64,000 nucleotides of DNA from Calcarisporiella thermophila CBS 279.70 (Eukaryota > Fungi > Calcarisporiellomycota). This document shows positions 28,186 through 41,101 of the stretch, piece after piece. The stretch covers positions 346,060 through 410,059 of the forward strand of contig NW_027192201.1 of assembly GCF_041956535.1 (NCBI RefSeq), written 5' to 3'. The translations under genes were made by a program, and so were the position numbers. The notes under the pieces are model-generated. The model was given only the letters and a program-made list of their open reading frames with translations. It was not told the origin of the DNA and did no database searches. Every line of letters starts with the position of its first letter. The stretch's first letter is position 1.

Positions 28186-28941
28186 ATGGTAAGAAAGAGC
28201 CAAACATCCATCCTCCCTTTATCCAGATGAGGGAGTCTATCTTTGTCTTATTTGTTTCGTGGGGGATATGTGCTTTGGAGATGACATGGCAGCATCAAAA
28301 TGAGATTTTTTTCAATTTCAACAAATTGGTCCCTTTTTACACTGTTCAATCTTTTGATGCGCGATCTATATCCTCTCCCAATGATCCATATTAATCATGT
28401 ATTGTATATGCTTATGCTAGGCTCCCGTCAAGGCCTACGAACTTCGCACTAAAAACAAGGCCGAGCTCGAGAAGCAGCTTGATGAACTCAAGCAGGAGCT
28501 CCTGAACTTGCGTGTTCAGAAGGTTGCCGGTGGTGCTGCTAGCAAGCTTACCCGGATGTAAGTTTCTCTTCTCGGTTTTATTGGTATTGTGCATGAGAGT
28601 ATTCACTTTTAATGGTTCTTGACCATTTCCATTTCTTAGCCGATCTGTCCGTAAGTCCATCGCTCGTGTCCTCACTGTCATCAGCCAGAAGCAGCGCGAG
28701 CAGACCCTCCTCTTCTACAAGGGTAAGAAGTACCTTCCCCTTGATCTTCGCACAAAGAAGACGCGGGCCATTCGCCGACGCTTGACGAAGCACGAGGCCT
28801 CTCTTAAGACCGAGCGCCAGCAGAAGAAGGAGCAACACTTCCCTCTCCGCAAATATGCTATCAAGGTAACTATGATGGACACGCCTAAACTATGAATACC
28901 TGAGTAGGGCATTAATAATTTAATCTTTTAATTAGGCTTAA
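28186..28941 (+). CDS. RPL35: 60S ribosomal protein L35 (uL29)
   Basis: ATG-only first exon, then [27 protein letters not shown]...[23 protein letters not shown]...; strong codon bias. Confidence 0.95.
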
Positions 28942-29164
28942 ATGTGTTTGTTCTAGAAAATAAAGTCTATACTTTTGGACTCTTTCTTCGATTTTAATCG
29001 TTTGCTTGCAAATATCTGGAAGTTTTGACAAGTATTGCATTGAACAAGGAGCAATTAAGAAAAACTTAGAGTTATTTTCCAAAAAGTTTGCTTCTTCATC
29101 TGGAGCATTTGAAAAATAAAAAAGAAGGGGCATACCATTTACCAAAACCAAAATTTCATTTTTC

Positions 29165-29488
29165 TTATTGATACAAATGTACAATTCCGTACATCAGGGT
29201 ATGAAATAGCACAAATGATAAGAGTCCACCAAACACGCCCTCCATCCAAATTTCGCGTTCTTTTTTGAAATAAAGGTCAGGTCGAAATTGACATCTTACG
29301 AACAATGCGAGCGATGATGTCAAGGCAACAATTCCATAAAATGCAAAACCCTTCCATCCCGATAATCCAAGCACTCCAGCAGCAGATCCTGCGATCGCTG
29401 CAACAGCACTGCGTGCAAAAGTAAGATGCCGATTGTTGTACTGTACGTAAAGCTCGACGTACTGTGGTTCTCCCTTTTGAGATGACAT
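29165..29488 (-). CDS. EMC6: ER membrane protein complex subunit 6
   Basis: YNNRHL...IAGSAAGVLGLSGWKGF...SFVLFHTLMYGIVHLY. Confidence 0.9.
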   Translation of the reverse strand: MSSQKGEPQYVELYVQYNNRHLTFARSAVAAIAGSAAGVLGLSGWKGFAFYGIVALTSSLALFVRCQFRPDLYFKKEREIWMEGVFGGLLSFVLFHTLMYGIVHLYQ

Positions 29489-30337
29489 CTCCAAAATAAA
29501 AGGATGGGAACAGTTAACGGAAAATAATTGGTGAATCGTATACCCCTAAAATAGGTTTAAAGCAACTCTGTTGCAAATTAGGACCGTAATATTACAATTG
29601 GGAATCAACGCCTAAGAATGCCGATACCTGAGAGTATGAAATAGCTCTACTATATCTTAACAACAGGCTAGAAAGAGGCTTATCCAAGTTGTCCGATGTT
29701 GGAGATTTTCTTTGATTGTAATTGACAGTCCCGATCTTGACTTACAGATTCGAGGAGATTCAAAATACAATAGGGAGTAGACATAGCGAAGGCCCTGTAC
29801 TCCAGAATTACTTAGCTATAATACCTTCATGGCTACCTTTAATAGGGCTCATCTTTATTAGCATTGCCATTCTCTACACTTTCGTCACCATCACACTTTT
29901 ACATTACCCACATAACAAGAAAAGATAAGAGGCCACTACCATGGAAATTTAACCGCTCTATATTAGGCATCACAAATTTTTGTTGCTAAACACTGCATTC
30001 AAAATGCAGCAAGCTACTAACCTCTGTAGAGATATGGAGAGGTTATCTTCAATTTTAAATTTTCTCATAATTTGCTAACTGTGTTGAGGTTAAGAACCAC
30101 TTTAGGACGTGTCCTCTTTAGATTTGACAACTCTCTGTTGGAAATTTAGTCACTAATATCATTATTAAATTAGAATAAAATTAACCCAGTCTTTAACTAT
30201 CAACAATGCTATACAATATAAATAATTTCTTAAAGAATTCCAGTCATCCTAGGAGTAGAATATTCCTCAGGGTTGGTGAAATCCTTAAAGAGATTAGAAA
30301 AAATATCAAAGAAAATTCGCAACTCAAATCTACCCAT

Positions 30338-31192
30338 TTACATGCCGTCTGTTGCTTGTGCTTGGAGTAAACTCCTATAGTCAGTGGAGAGAGTCTTAAT
30401 CTCTTCCATGATTTTATCTCTGAGCGACGCAGTGTCGATGTTAGGACGATATGGTCTTACGGTTGGCCAAGTCGTGTAAGGTCGCTTAGTGGTCGTCGAC
30501 TTCTTTGTCGTGTAGGGCCCGGTAGTGGTAGGTTTGGATGTGGTGGGTTTGGATGTGGTGGGCTTTTTAGTATAGGGTGTTGTTGTGTAGGGGCCAGTAG
30601 TCTCTGATGGCTTCTTCGGTTTTTTCTTCTTAAAGATCCTGTGGAATATATCTTTGAACAGGTCGAATTTCTCCTTGATCGACTCGAGGCTCTCCTTAAA
30701 CTTATTCCATTTTTGCTTTTTCTTTTCTACCTTCTTCTTGAATTTGTCCTTCAAAAAGTCTTTAAACATCGTCAAGGGATTGTATTTTTTGAGCTTGTCG
30801 TAGGCGTCCTTGAAAAAACTAAGAGGTGAAGACGAGCCACCCTCTTTATCCTCTTTCATCTTGTCAATTTTCTTGGAAATGTCCTTCGCGATCTCGCGAG
30901 CGTTGCTGATTTTCTGCTTAAGGGTACCGGTTGGCTCCGCACCAATAAACGTCTCAACCTTGTTGATGAACTGGATCTGCAATCGCACCTTCTTCTCCAA
31001 CTCATCCACATCCTCCACTTCATCTCCATTCTCGAGTCCCCTCTGGATTAAGTCGTTGCTCTCAGCCAGTATTTCGTCCACTTCATCACGCCGAGCTTTC
31101 TGGTAAACCACATAGTTTCCATGAGGTGGCAGGGCCATCGCACTGGCCGCCATCGATACCACCGCTGATATTACGACAATGAAAAACTTCAT
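30338..31192 (-). CDS. Secreted protein of unknown function (acidic helical region, Lys-rich amphipathic region, T/P/K repeats)
   Basis: Intronless 284-aa ORF with signal peptide MKFFIVVISAVVSMAASAMA and repeats TTGPYTT/KPTTS. Confidence 0.8.
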   Translation of the reverse strand: MKFFIVVISAVVSMAASAMALPPHGNYVVYQKARRDEVDEILAESNDLIQRGLENGDEVEDVDELEKKVRLQIQFINKVETFIGAEPTGTLKQKISNAREIAKDISKKIDKMKEDKEGGSSSPLSFFKDAYDKLKKYNPLTMFKDFLKDKFKKKVEKKKQKWNKFKESLESIKEKFDLFKDIFHRIFKKKKPKKPSETTGPYTTTPYTKKPTTSKPTTSKPTTTGPYTTKKSTTTKRPYTTWPTVRPYRPNIDTASLRDKIMEEIKTLSTDYRSLLQAQATDGM

Positions 31193-31964
31193 GCCTTAGT
31201 TGGATTACTGATGGTGCGAAAAAAAAAAGAAAACACTGCGTTCTCAAGAAAGAGGATCGAAAAGACTATGTCCAAAATTCAACAAACATATACACGAAAA
31301 ATATGCCAGTGCAACACCGGATACCCTGGAATAGAATTTGGAAGATCATACATGTCATCAGCTTATAGGGAAATAGTTTCTCTATATCGGACTATATTTC
31401 CGGACATAAACTTCAATTTTTTCTTATGACAGGGTTAGAGGTCGTCAATGCTAGGCTGGTACTAGTCGGCTATGATCCTCATCCGACAAGCCGATTGCAA
31501 GTGTTTCAGAAAAACGGTCATTGATCGTACAAAATGAGCGAAGATTTCTGCCAAAGTAGAGATTTCTCTCAATTCGATGAACCCTTGCATAAGATCATCA
31601 TTGAATTCCAACGTAAGCCAAATAGTATGAGAAATATTAACTGGAGCATTATGAAATCTAACCCCGGTATTGGGTAAAGCTTGCACTACTACTTTAGATA
31701 TCCCTATGTTTGTTCACTATCCAGCTCAAATGAGCGTCGGTTTTGGCCAAGTTTCTGAATAATAATAAAGTTACCAAATTCAAGGGCGAAATCTGGATAC
31801 CCTTATATATCAACATAAACTGGAGTGAATATTTCCGCGCAATGACAAATGCGACCATATCTTATATTACTAACAAAGATTTTGCTTTTATTTCATCCTC
31901 GAAAATATAGTCAACGTCTCAAAATGAACAATAAATTGGGGGTTAAAGCGAAAAGCAGGAACAT

Positions 31965-32977
31965 TTAGGCACGCGCTCCCTGCTGGGCAGCAAGGGTCTT
32001 GGCACGCTTAGCCATCATAGCCTGAGACTTGGCTCCCATAATGCCACCACCCCAGTGACGGCGGTTCTCCTCGTATTTGTCGTTGAAGTTAGTCTTGACG
32101 GCAGACACAAGGCTAGCAAACTCTTGCTTGTCCTCCGGGCGCACATCAACGAAGGCAAGTGCGGTAGCAGTCTTCTTGTGAACAGCTACACCCAAACGAG
32201 CCTTGTTCTTAACAATGCAGTACGGGACACCCATCTTGCGGCAGAGAGCGGGAAGCCACACAACAATTTCGATGGGGTCGACATCATCGGCAATAACGAC
32301 AAGCTGAGCCTTCTTCGCCTCAATAAGAGCTGTGATGTGGTTAATACCATACTTGATCATGTAGGGCTTCTTCGACTCGGGCTCCTTGCCAGCAGCCTTG
32401 GCCTCGGCGGCAGCCTTGAGACGCTCACGCTTCTCTTGGGCGGTCTCAGGGCGGTACTTGTGCACAAGTTTGAAGAGCTGAGTGGCAGTGTTCTTGTCAA
32501 GCGTCTTGGTGAATTGATTGATCGCCGGCGGGACCTTGAGGCGCTTGCTCAGAATTCTCTTCTGGCGCTGAAGACGCACGTACTCGGGCCATTTGACGAA
32601 ACGGGTCAGGTCACGAGTTGGCTGGATGTCCTGGCCTAATCAAATCAATCATAGGATATTGAATACAGACCTTGTATAGAGCCAATCGAGTGCATTATAA
32701 TTACCAATGCCGAAGTTCTTGGGGCGCTTCTCGAAGAGAGGGTTCTTCGGGGCCTTGGTAGCCTGCTGCTTCTTGATGGGGTAAGGAGCAGGGGCAACTT
32801 TCTTAGCGGACTTCTTGGCCGGAGGCTAATCAACAATCAGCGATCAATTTCGTTAGCATTAGTTCGTAAAAAAACATCTACATCTTCATTATTCACATCC
32901 ATCCATCTCTAATAGATGCATCCATCTATAATCCATGGAAGTGATATAAACAAGCTTTATGAAAGATACGCTACCAT
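31965..32977 (-). CDS. RPL8: 60S ribosomal protein L8/L7a (eL8)
   Basis: ATG-only first exon; [53 protein letters not shown]. Confidence 0.96.
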
Positions 32978-33080
32978 GATGTTTCGCCGACTTGTCTAAT
33001 AAGGGGAAGAGGAGGAAACACATCGAGCGAAGTCTTGAACGCTAAAAAATAGAGAAAATGAATGATGACGTCACAAGAGA

Positions 33081-33088
33081 CAGTCACA
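33081..33088. promoter_or_regulatory. Homol-D-like box in RPL8 promoter
   Basis: CAGTCACA ~100 bp upstream of the RPL8 ATG; identical to the S. pombe ribosomal-protein promoter element. Confidence 0.55.
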
Positions 33089-33661
33089 AAAATTGACAAA
33101 ATACTAGACCTCACTTCCATTGACAAAAAGCTCTTGCTATTATCTAGAATATAAAGATACATAGCAATACGCAGCAATACGCAATAATAACTCTAACGAC
33201 CTTGGAAAGCTGAAATAGCCTCTTCTGTATCCGTATGGAGATATTTGTATATTAAGCTCTATTTTAATAGGCTTAGATAACTCATCATTTCAACTCTCAA
33301 TTGTCCTCTTGCCCTTTCACTACAAGCCCCCAACCGTTAATCAGATATTTTTGATTATCTCCTGACTCACATTCACTCTAGGCCGAAAGCGTCCGAAAAA
33401 ACTATTTAGACCTTAAGGAGCTATAATTATTGAGCAGGCAGTATGTTTGTATATAATATACGAAGGATTTAATCTTTTTTCCTGCTTTGCTTTGTCTAAA
33501 TGGGGTAATGCTTGTTGATATTATCCAAAATTCCACCAATTATCCGGAAACATTACTAACATGTTAAACTTAATGAATAAATATATTAGATATATTACAA
33601 TTTGCAAACCGCTCGACTGCTGTTGACTTTACTTAAAATTTGTCCTTTTCACTCCTAAAAC

Positions 33662-34619
33662 ATGCATCACGCCCTGGCAAGAGCGATATTCCATTTTCTC
33701 GGTGTACGAAATTCCAAACACAAGGCGAATCCTCCAACATGGGTTGTATTAATTTATACATTCATCGGATCTTTTGCGGCAATAGCCGTAATCATTCTGA
33801 TGTCTACGTTAAGCAATGAATTCAGACAACTAGGGGCTCCAAATATTGTTGCAAGCTTCGTGAGTAGCTTTCTTTTCTTTTGGTATTGTAAATGCTCACC
33901 GGTATTTTTTATTTATTATAAAAAGGCCGCCAGTGCTGTTTTAGTCTATGGAGTAATCGATTCACCCTTAGCGCAGCCCAGGAACCTTAGTAAGTTCAAA
34001 AAATGGAATCAAAACTTATGTTGCGACCATATAACCTATACCAATCTTTTCTCCTTAGTTGGCGGACATTTTGTTGCTGCAATTATCGGCGTATCTATCG
34101 AAAAGCTTTTTAACCTCTCACCCAAGCACGAATCTCTTATATGGCTCTCAGCCGCTTTATCGGTTGCAATTTCCATCGTCGTTATGATAGTTTTAAAGAT
34201 TACGCACCCTCCAGCTGGTCTATTTACTTCTTTGTTGAAGTCATATGATTCATACAAACTAAATACATTGTATATGAATAGGCGCAACCTCAATGATCCC
34301 AATTGTCGGAGGGCAAACATACCGTAATCTTGGATATTGGTATGTCCTTATTGTTATAGCAGAAGCTGCAATTATGTTGGCAGTTGCTCTTCTGGTCAAC
34401 AACTTACAAAGAAGATATCCGAGTTATTGGTGGATTCCATCGCCATCACCTCCACCACCTCCTCCCCAAGTACCTACTTGTTCCTGCAAATGCGTATGCA
34501 AAATTGAAGTTTTGGGAAAGGAAGAGAAACCTCAGTATATAGACATTGAGATAGATGAAACTGAAGATGTTAAAAATAATAATCACCAAATATCTCATAA
34601 TATCCAAATTCCCCAATAG
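33662..34619 (+). CDS. HPP-family membrane protein
   Basis: ASAVLVYG..DSPLAQPRN, GGHF, THPPAGA motifs across 4 exons. Confidence 0.88.
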
Positions 34620-35083
34620 AACAATTTATTTATTTACTCTTGTAAATTACAGATTTACTATGTATAAGATCTATATAATTCAATAAAGAGACTGGGAGCG
34701 CAGCAACCAGACTAACTATGTACAATTACTTTTTTTTTCAACCGTTTTATGCATATTGGAGGGCACATTGCAGTAGTTAAGACATGCTTCTCGCGATTTT
34801 TCTATTAAGAATATTTTAACAGCGTAATAGGTACATTCTAGTCAGTCTATATTTCTGCGTTCAAAACATTTAATCTTAGCGCTATCAATATGAACCTTTT
34901 GTTGTAAAGTTTGCTGTGTTTTACACTTACTGTGATTTCATAATGAAATATATGGCCAATTTTTGGATAAAAAGGAGCGACAATTCTGTCACTGATAATA
35001 TCCGTTGCAGCCACAAATAATGCCCTATTTAAATAGGTAATGAATAAGGAATACTAGTATTCAGCAATAATTAGAATAATATA

Positions 35084-37015
35084 ATGACAACAACAAAACG
35101 GGAAGAACACAACTACATATCTCTCATTGAATCAAAAGAACAAGATGCGCAAGATTCTCGTGACAAATCACGAAAACGAAAGAGAAGCGAGATAGAGGAG
35201 AAACTCCGTGGAGAGATGCCATGGTTAAAGGGCAAAGATTATTATAAATGTGGGAGTTTTGCGAGAAGGTTTTTGACATTGTAGAATAGTTAACTTGCTA
35301 AACACTTGGGCTGATCTGATCTTTACTTAAAGATTGCATCAAGAAGTTTTGGATTTGGTTCAATACCTGAGCCCAACCCCTGAGGAACATGTTATGCGTC
35401 GTTTGGTAGTCGAACGCGTTCGACAGGTGGTTCACAATTGGTGTCCCGAAGCTTTCATCATGTGCTTTGGAAGCTACGACACCCAGCTCTATTTGCCGAC
35501 AAGGTAAGATTAGAAGAAGTTAGTATTTCACCACAGATCTGATAATATTCTATTTCACGCTAAAGTGACTTGGATTTGGTGATGTATAATGCAAACTCTA
35601 TATCGACTAAACCCGTAGAAATGCTGAAAAGCCTGGCCGAAGCATTAGTTAATGAAGATATAATGGAGGGGAATGTCACAGTTGTCGATAAAGCAAGAGT
35701 AGATAGATAGCGTTTATATATTCTATATTGCGATTACTCACATTTGAATGCTAGGTACCTATCATCAAGTTTAGAGAAAAATATACGGGAATTTGCGTTG
35801 ACATTTCCTGTGAGATTGTCTCGGGTCTCGACGGTGCTCGTATCGTTAAAGATTTTCTTGGTTCCACTCCCGCACTCCGTCCCCTCACCTTATTGATCAA
35901 GCATTACCTTGTCCAGCGTTCAATGAACGAAGTATTTCTTGGCGGCCTTGGTAGCTATGCCGTTTTATGTATGGTGATGAGTTTTCTACAGCTTCATCCT
36001 ATTGTACAATCGGGCTTTATTCAGGCGGAGGAGAACTTAGGAGTATTGTTACTGGAATTTTTTGAACTTTACGGACAGTATTTCAATTACGATAGGGTGG
36101 GGATAAGACTAACCAATCGTGGGTCATATTTTCAAAAGGTGAGAAATATATCAAACTCGATTATTTATTGACACACTTAACAGTGACTTTTCGGTTGGTA
36201 GTCAAAAACTCTGCAGGATATGGAAAAGAGAAGAGAGAAAATCTTGCTAACTATCTTAGATCCACAAGACCCTTGTGAGTATTCATACATATTTGGTTTT
36301 GGTTTATTACTTTTTTCGCCTTTATAACTTCGATTGTTTTTTAGCAAATGATATCGCCAAAGGTACATATCACATAATCCAAATCCGCAAGAGTTTTGCC
36401 ATCGCGTATGAGATTATAACTGCTGCGATATTTCAAGTTTATGGTGCGCAATCCTCTTTGTCAGCCGAAAATATTGCACAGTCTGTTCCAGAAGAGGCTC
36501 GTCAAACTGGCTCAATCCTTGGAGCGGTATTCAGAATTCCACCTGACGTTATGCAGAACCGAGCTCAAATACTTGAGGCCTACCAAGCCGGTTCATTGCA
36601 TCAAGCAGTAGGTGTGACTTATAGTGATGAACCAAAATTACTCAATACGGCAGTAAATGATGAAGCAATGGTTACATCTTTGCTTCAATCACGCGGAACG
36701 AATGTACGCATTGATAAAACGTTGCTTGAGGATGATACCGCCGCAGGACGGGAAGCTCAAAGTGAGGAAAGATCTAAAAAATTACATTTATCGGATACAA
36801 TGCAAGATAGAAGAGAGAATAAAAATAGAGTGGCAGGCGAGGTGGGGGAAATGCAAGAGTTGAGAAGGATAGGCGTGACAGTTAAAGTGGGAGATAATTT
36901 AGCAGATGTGGCGCGATTAGACAAAACTATTATTGGTAAGTCTCATGAGGATGAAAATGAGATCCCACCAGAATATAATACCGAAGAGAGCAAAATAGAG
37001 AGCAAGGAGAATTAA
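35084..37015 (+). CDS. Non-canonical poly(A) polymerase, Trf4/Cid14/PAPD5 family
   Basis: FGSYDTQLYLPT|SDLDL, ARVPIIKF, MNEVFLGGLGSY, NLGVLLLEFFELYG, DPQDP..NDI. Confidence 0.92.
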
Positions 37016-37390
37016 ATGCATATATGCTCAAAATTTTTCATGTTTTGATAATGACACTATAGTGTAATTTTAGTAACCATAGAATATTTCACAATAAAGA
37101 TTTTACTATATAATTGGTATGACTCAAATGTAGGTTAGCTTGGAAAATTTATGCTTACGGACCCGTTAAAGGTCTATTTGTTTTAAAGTAGAGACTAGTA
37201 TTGAACTGGAAAACGATAAATCTTAATCATACCAAATATAATTGCCCGACAATTTCCCCGCATATTAAATTCTACTTTCAACTTGCGGAAATTCAACTAA
37301 CAGACCGAGATCTATTTAATCTAAAATCAACAGTTCATCTTTTTCTCAATTCATTTTACCTATCATGTTTTCAGTTGAAATTTTACGGCT

Positions 37391-38135
37391 ATGACACATC
37401 GTTTTTATCCTCTTTTCGTTCTGCTAATCTTAGCTGTTCTTGGTGCATATGGCTGTGAACAAGAATGTCGAGATGCGATCAACCATGTGTTTGCGGACAA
37501 TTATACACCAAAAATAAAAGAGGAATTTTCAATACTCTACGGAGAATTAAATAGCACTATATCGACAGATCCTCATTATTTAGAGTTATTGCAAGCGATT
37601 ACTGTTGGTAGGTGATAAACTTCGTAAGATATAATAAAAAGATTAAAGTTAATTAAACACCTTTGCAAAAGCTCTTAATGATATACAGGATAATATCGCT
37701 ATCGGCCTTGTAAAAATGATGGATAAATCAGTTTGTAAGTACTATTTTTTATTAATATCACTTTTCCGTATTTTAATTCGTAGATCTTATATATTAGTTT
37801 CCAAATACAAAGGCCACTGCGACTGGGCACCTGGAGAAGTGTGTGGTTCTCCTGTCTCTGTCTCCTATTTCGTTCTTGATGCTTTAAATTTAACACGCAG
37901 CGCCATCAAAAATGAGCTTAAGAACGGCGCAGAACCAAATGGTAGATATGCATCAGCGATATTTACTGCTGTAATAGAAGTAACTGGTAGCGAATACCAC
38001 GTTGAAGAACTTCAAGATGGCGTCAATTACGCGCTAGAAAAATTTAGAATAGATGTAGATGAACATTTCTGCGAAGTAGGTTGTTGGGATAATTGGGTAC
38101 CTAACATAAGGAAGATACTCGCGCAGTATCCATGA
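37391..38135 (+). CDS. Small secreted Cys-containing protein, unknown function
   Basis: Signal peptide then GCEQECR; exons with YKGHC...EVCGSPVS and HFCEVGCW; 2 introns inferred. Confidence 0.65.
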
Positions 38136-38657
38136 TAATTCAACTTGGATATTTCATTACTTGAACTTTCTCTCATCTGGGCTATCTCACCTCATCTCTT
38201 TTCCTGAATAGACTCACTTTTTATCTCTTTATAACTATTATTATTTAGGTTATTCCCTTTCATGTTATTTCTAGCTCACTTTTATCATATGTACAGCGTA
38301 TGAAAACCATGTAGTTTCAAATATGTTTTCTCCCTTGTATATTATCATGCTTATACAGACATAAACTGATATAATTTGTTAATTATAATTTATGGTTGGG
38401 TTTTCTCTCTGACTATTCATAGACTTAAACACTGAATTTAAAATTTTGGAGGAAAAGTTTGGGCTCACATCAATATAAATTTATATATCAGAAGAAGTAT
38501 GCAAAAGATTCGCTTTAAATCAAAATCTGATACAGTTATTTTAGACATATTAAAATTGGACTTTTTTTTTTATTTATCAGACCCATTGTCCTTTTATACC
38601 TCAAAACATTAAAAAACGAGGCTGTTGTAAAACTATTATTCTATCCTACGCTCTCGA

Positions 38658-38774
38658 TTTTTTTTTTCCCCTTGGTATGTATTATTTTAACATCCACTTG
38701 ATGATTTTTATCTGAAGGGAATGGAAGGGTAGACTTCTACGTCAAAATCACCCAGGTACTGCCCCTGGCCTCCC
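38658..38774 (-). mobile_element. Short poly(A)-tailed retro-insertion
   Basis: T10 at left end; flanked by ATCCTACGCTCTCGA (38643) and ATCCTGCGCACTCGA (38775). Confidence 0.6.
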
Positions 38775-38790
38775 ATCCTGCGCACTCGAA

Positions 38791-39464
38791 TTTTTTTTTT
38801 TATCAATCGACGGAGACTTTTATTAGTTTCCGTAGCTTACAAGAGTTAATGATTACAATAAAAGAAGAAAGGGGGGGAATAAAGGGGTGGGGATATAGTT
38901 GGGTGGCAAGGTGGAACTTAGGTTTTGACAATTTATGTTAGCCCAGAAAGGGAGAGAAGAGAAGAAAGCAAAGAAACGCAAGGGGGTAAGAACATAGAGC
39001 AAGGTGATGAACGTGGAGTAAGGGAATAAAGGGTAGATTAGATGTATATAGTGATCGGGTATTTGGTGAAAAATATGAAATAAAGAGGAGAGGAGGTAGG
39101 GAGAGAGGAAGGGTTGCTCCGTCACTCCAGTTTTAGTTTTGCTCTATCCGAACTTTCTATTACCGCTCCCTGACTGCACCACCTTCTTCGGAATAACTCT
39201 ATCTCTCGTCTTTTTCGTGCCTTTATCAGTTCAGCTCCGATAGTCTCCTCGATGTCCATTTTGGCACGGACGATGATTGTCTCGGGTGACGCTCGAATGC
39301 ATTCGAAGTGGTAGGCGATTCAGTCCCGATAGATTTGCCATAACACCGAATCGAAGACGATTTGAGCCGTGTGTCTTACTGTCCTCGGGGCTTCTGGTAG
39401 GTCGCCAAGTACGAGGTTCCTGGGGCTCAGCACCTGAGTGTTTAGGGGGTCTGAGATGGTGTTG
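38791..39464 (-). mobile_element. 5'-truncated L1/Tx1-like non-LTR retrotransposon fragment (ORF2 C-terminus, 3'UTR, AATAAA, poly(A))
   Basis: Minus frame ending at 39122 reads ...VFDSVLWQIYRD*IAYHF...ELFRRRW...KLE*, like the L1-clade WxIWxxR..F and FxxxW tail. T11 at 38791-38801; duplicated flanks ending CACTCGAA(T). Confidence 0.8.
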
Positions 39465-39539
39465 ATCCTCTCACTCGAATACCTTGTGACTGTCAAAATT
39501 ACTTGTTCATAATAAAAACCAATTTTCTCGTAACAAGTC

Positions 39540-39787
39540 TGTCATAAACTAGAGCGATATAACTAGGGGATGCTCGGGGAACATAGATAAAACTATAGGT
39601 TTATTCAAGAACAAGGCGTGTATGTTGGAAGTTCTCATTAGAGTGTTCCTTTTATACTATAAGATATAATAACTATATAACCTGTTAACTAATAAAGCTA
39701 ATGAATACTGGTTTATAACTAGTTCCTAATTAATGTCGGAGCTTGAATATCGTTGGAATAGCTTGATATGTGACTCGACTTATGACA
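39540..39787. mobile_element. Element B: solo-LTR-like, 248 bp
   Basis: TGTCATAA...TTATGACA inverted termini; AGTC on both sides. Confidence 0.8.
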
Positions 39788-39791
39788 AGTC

Positions 39792-40210
39792 TGTTACGTG
39801 GGTTTTGGGGTTTATCGTGAATATTTTTGCGTAAAGAAAACAATTGAAAGATTTTCTTGAAAAAAATAAGACAATAAATTTCAAGACTATTACTCAATAT
39901 AAAAAAACTAATCCGCCTCCCCGTTCACTCACGCTTGAATCTCTTCTTATATAACAAAATTAAACTAAATAGAACGAACCGATTAAACAACTGGTTAAAC
40001 GAACTGAATAGACAAACTGGTTAAACAACTAGTTTAACAAAACAGAACAAACTTGAATAAAATTTTCAAAGCGCTAGTAATTTGCCGAAAGGTTATTATG
40101 GTAACAAAAACTAATTGTGCATAAAGTTAAAGAAGAAAAGAAGTATTTTTTTTTGGCTTGTAGTGGCGCAGTTATGACTGTCTGTACGAAATACCGATAT
40201 TCCCGTAACA
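39792..40210. mobile_element. Element C: solo-LTR-like, 419 bp
   Basis: TGTTACG...CGTAACA inverted termini; AGTC on both sides. Confidence 0.8.
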
Positions 40211-40547
40211 AGTCTGTTACGGGCGAAAGGAGGTTTGTGCGGAGGGGTATCCGGATCTTAATAATAAAAATAAGAGATTGGTCTTAATTATTCAGGGAAT
40301 TGGTGTTGAACATTAAAATAAACCGAAGGGTTTAAATAGAATTGTGATCAAAGGAGAATAATTCTCACTGGTGTTCAAGGATGAGATAGATAAGACAACA
40401 AAGTATCAATCAACATCAATAAGATAGCCATGAGGGAGTATAAGAGTAACCACGAGGGCGGCGAGTAACCACGAGGGGTCGGCAACGTAGCGGTAATCAA
40501 TTCCATTGGCTACCCTACTTGAAAGATATCGCGCTTTCTGAATGTCT

Positions 40548-40678
40548 ATTTTTTTTGATCAATGCCGAGTCTTTATTGTATAGGAAGACTCTAAAATATA
40601 ATTGTTACATTATTATAAGCAATAAAGTGAAAGGGAAGCCAAAGTTAAAGCTTTGTGTGATATCGTAGATCGAAATGA
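40548..40678 (-). mobile_element. 5'-truncated poly(A) retroelement 3' end
   Basis: T8, then GATCAATGCCGAGTCTTTATT (AATAAA on minus; resembles the 3' end at 38802); perfect 15-bp flanks GCTTTCTGAATGTCT at 40533 and 40679. Confidence 0.8.
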
Positions 40679-40693
40679 GCTTTCTGAATGTCT

Positions 40694-41101
40694 TATTTTT
40701 TTTTTTTGNNNNNNNNNNNNNNNNNNNNNNNNNNNNNNNNNNNNNNNNNNNNNNNNNNNNNNNNNNNNNNNNNNNNNNNNNNNNNNNNNNNNNNNNNNNN
40801 NNNNNNNNNNNNNNNNNNNNNNNNNNNNNNNNNNNNNNNNNNNNNNNNNNNNNNNNNNNNNNNNNNNNNNNNNNNNNNNNNNNNNNNNNNNNNNNNNNNN
40901 NNNNNNNNNNNNNNNNNNNNNNNNNNNNNNNNNNNNNNNNNNNNNNNNNNNNNNNNNNNNNNNNNNNNNNNNNNNNNNNNNNNNNNNNNNNNNNNNNNNN
41001 NNNNNNNNNNNNNNNNNNNNNNNNNNNNNNNNNNNNNNNNNNNNNNNNNNNNNNNNNNNNNNNNNNNNNNNNNNNNNNNNNNNNNNNNNNNNNNNNNNNN
41101 N
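40694..41101 (-). mobile_element. Further poly(A) insertion, mostly hidden in assembly gap (40709-41101)
   Basis: T12 follows the second GCTTTCTGAATGTCT; a third copy resumes at 41102 after the gap. Confidence 0.6.

Larger units (their letters stand above)
38643..39535. mobile_element. Element A: degenerate LTR-like remnant interrupted by two poly(A) retro-insertions (left boundary uncertain)
   Basis: Right end AAAAACCAATTTTCTCGTAACA is near-identical to the ends of D and E and is followed by AGTC. Confidence 0.6.

Noticed and set aside
28869-28906. Possible C/D snoRNA in last RPL35 intron (ATGATGG...CTGA)
   Set aside because: Only ~33 nt between boxes and imperfect box C.
32055-32639. 194-aa ORF antisense to RPL8 (and similar shadows of RPL35 and the WD40 gene)
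   Set aside because: Shadow frames caused by codon bias or low complexity of the real gene.
39320-39322. In-frame TGA as selenocysteine or readthrough
   Set aside because: Lies in a truncated retroelement at an expected Arg; simple decay, no SECIS seen.
40146-40154. T9 run ~56 bp from the end of element C as another LINE insertion
   Set aside because: Position is suggestive but no flanking duplication or LINE 3' sequence is visible.
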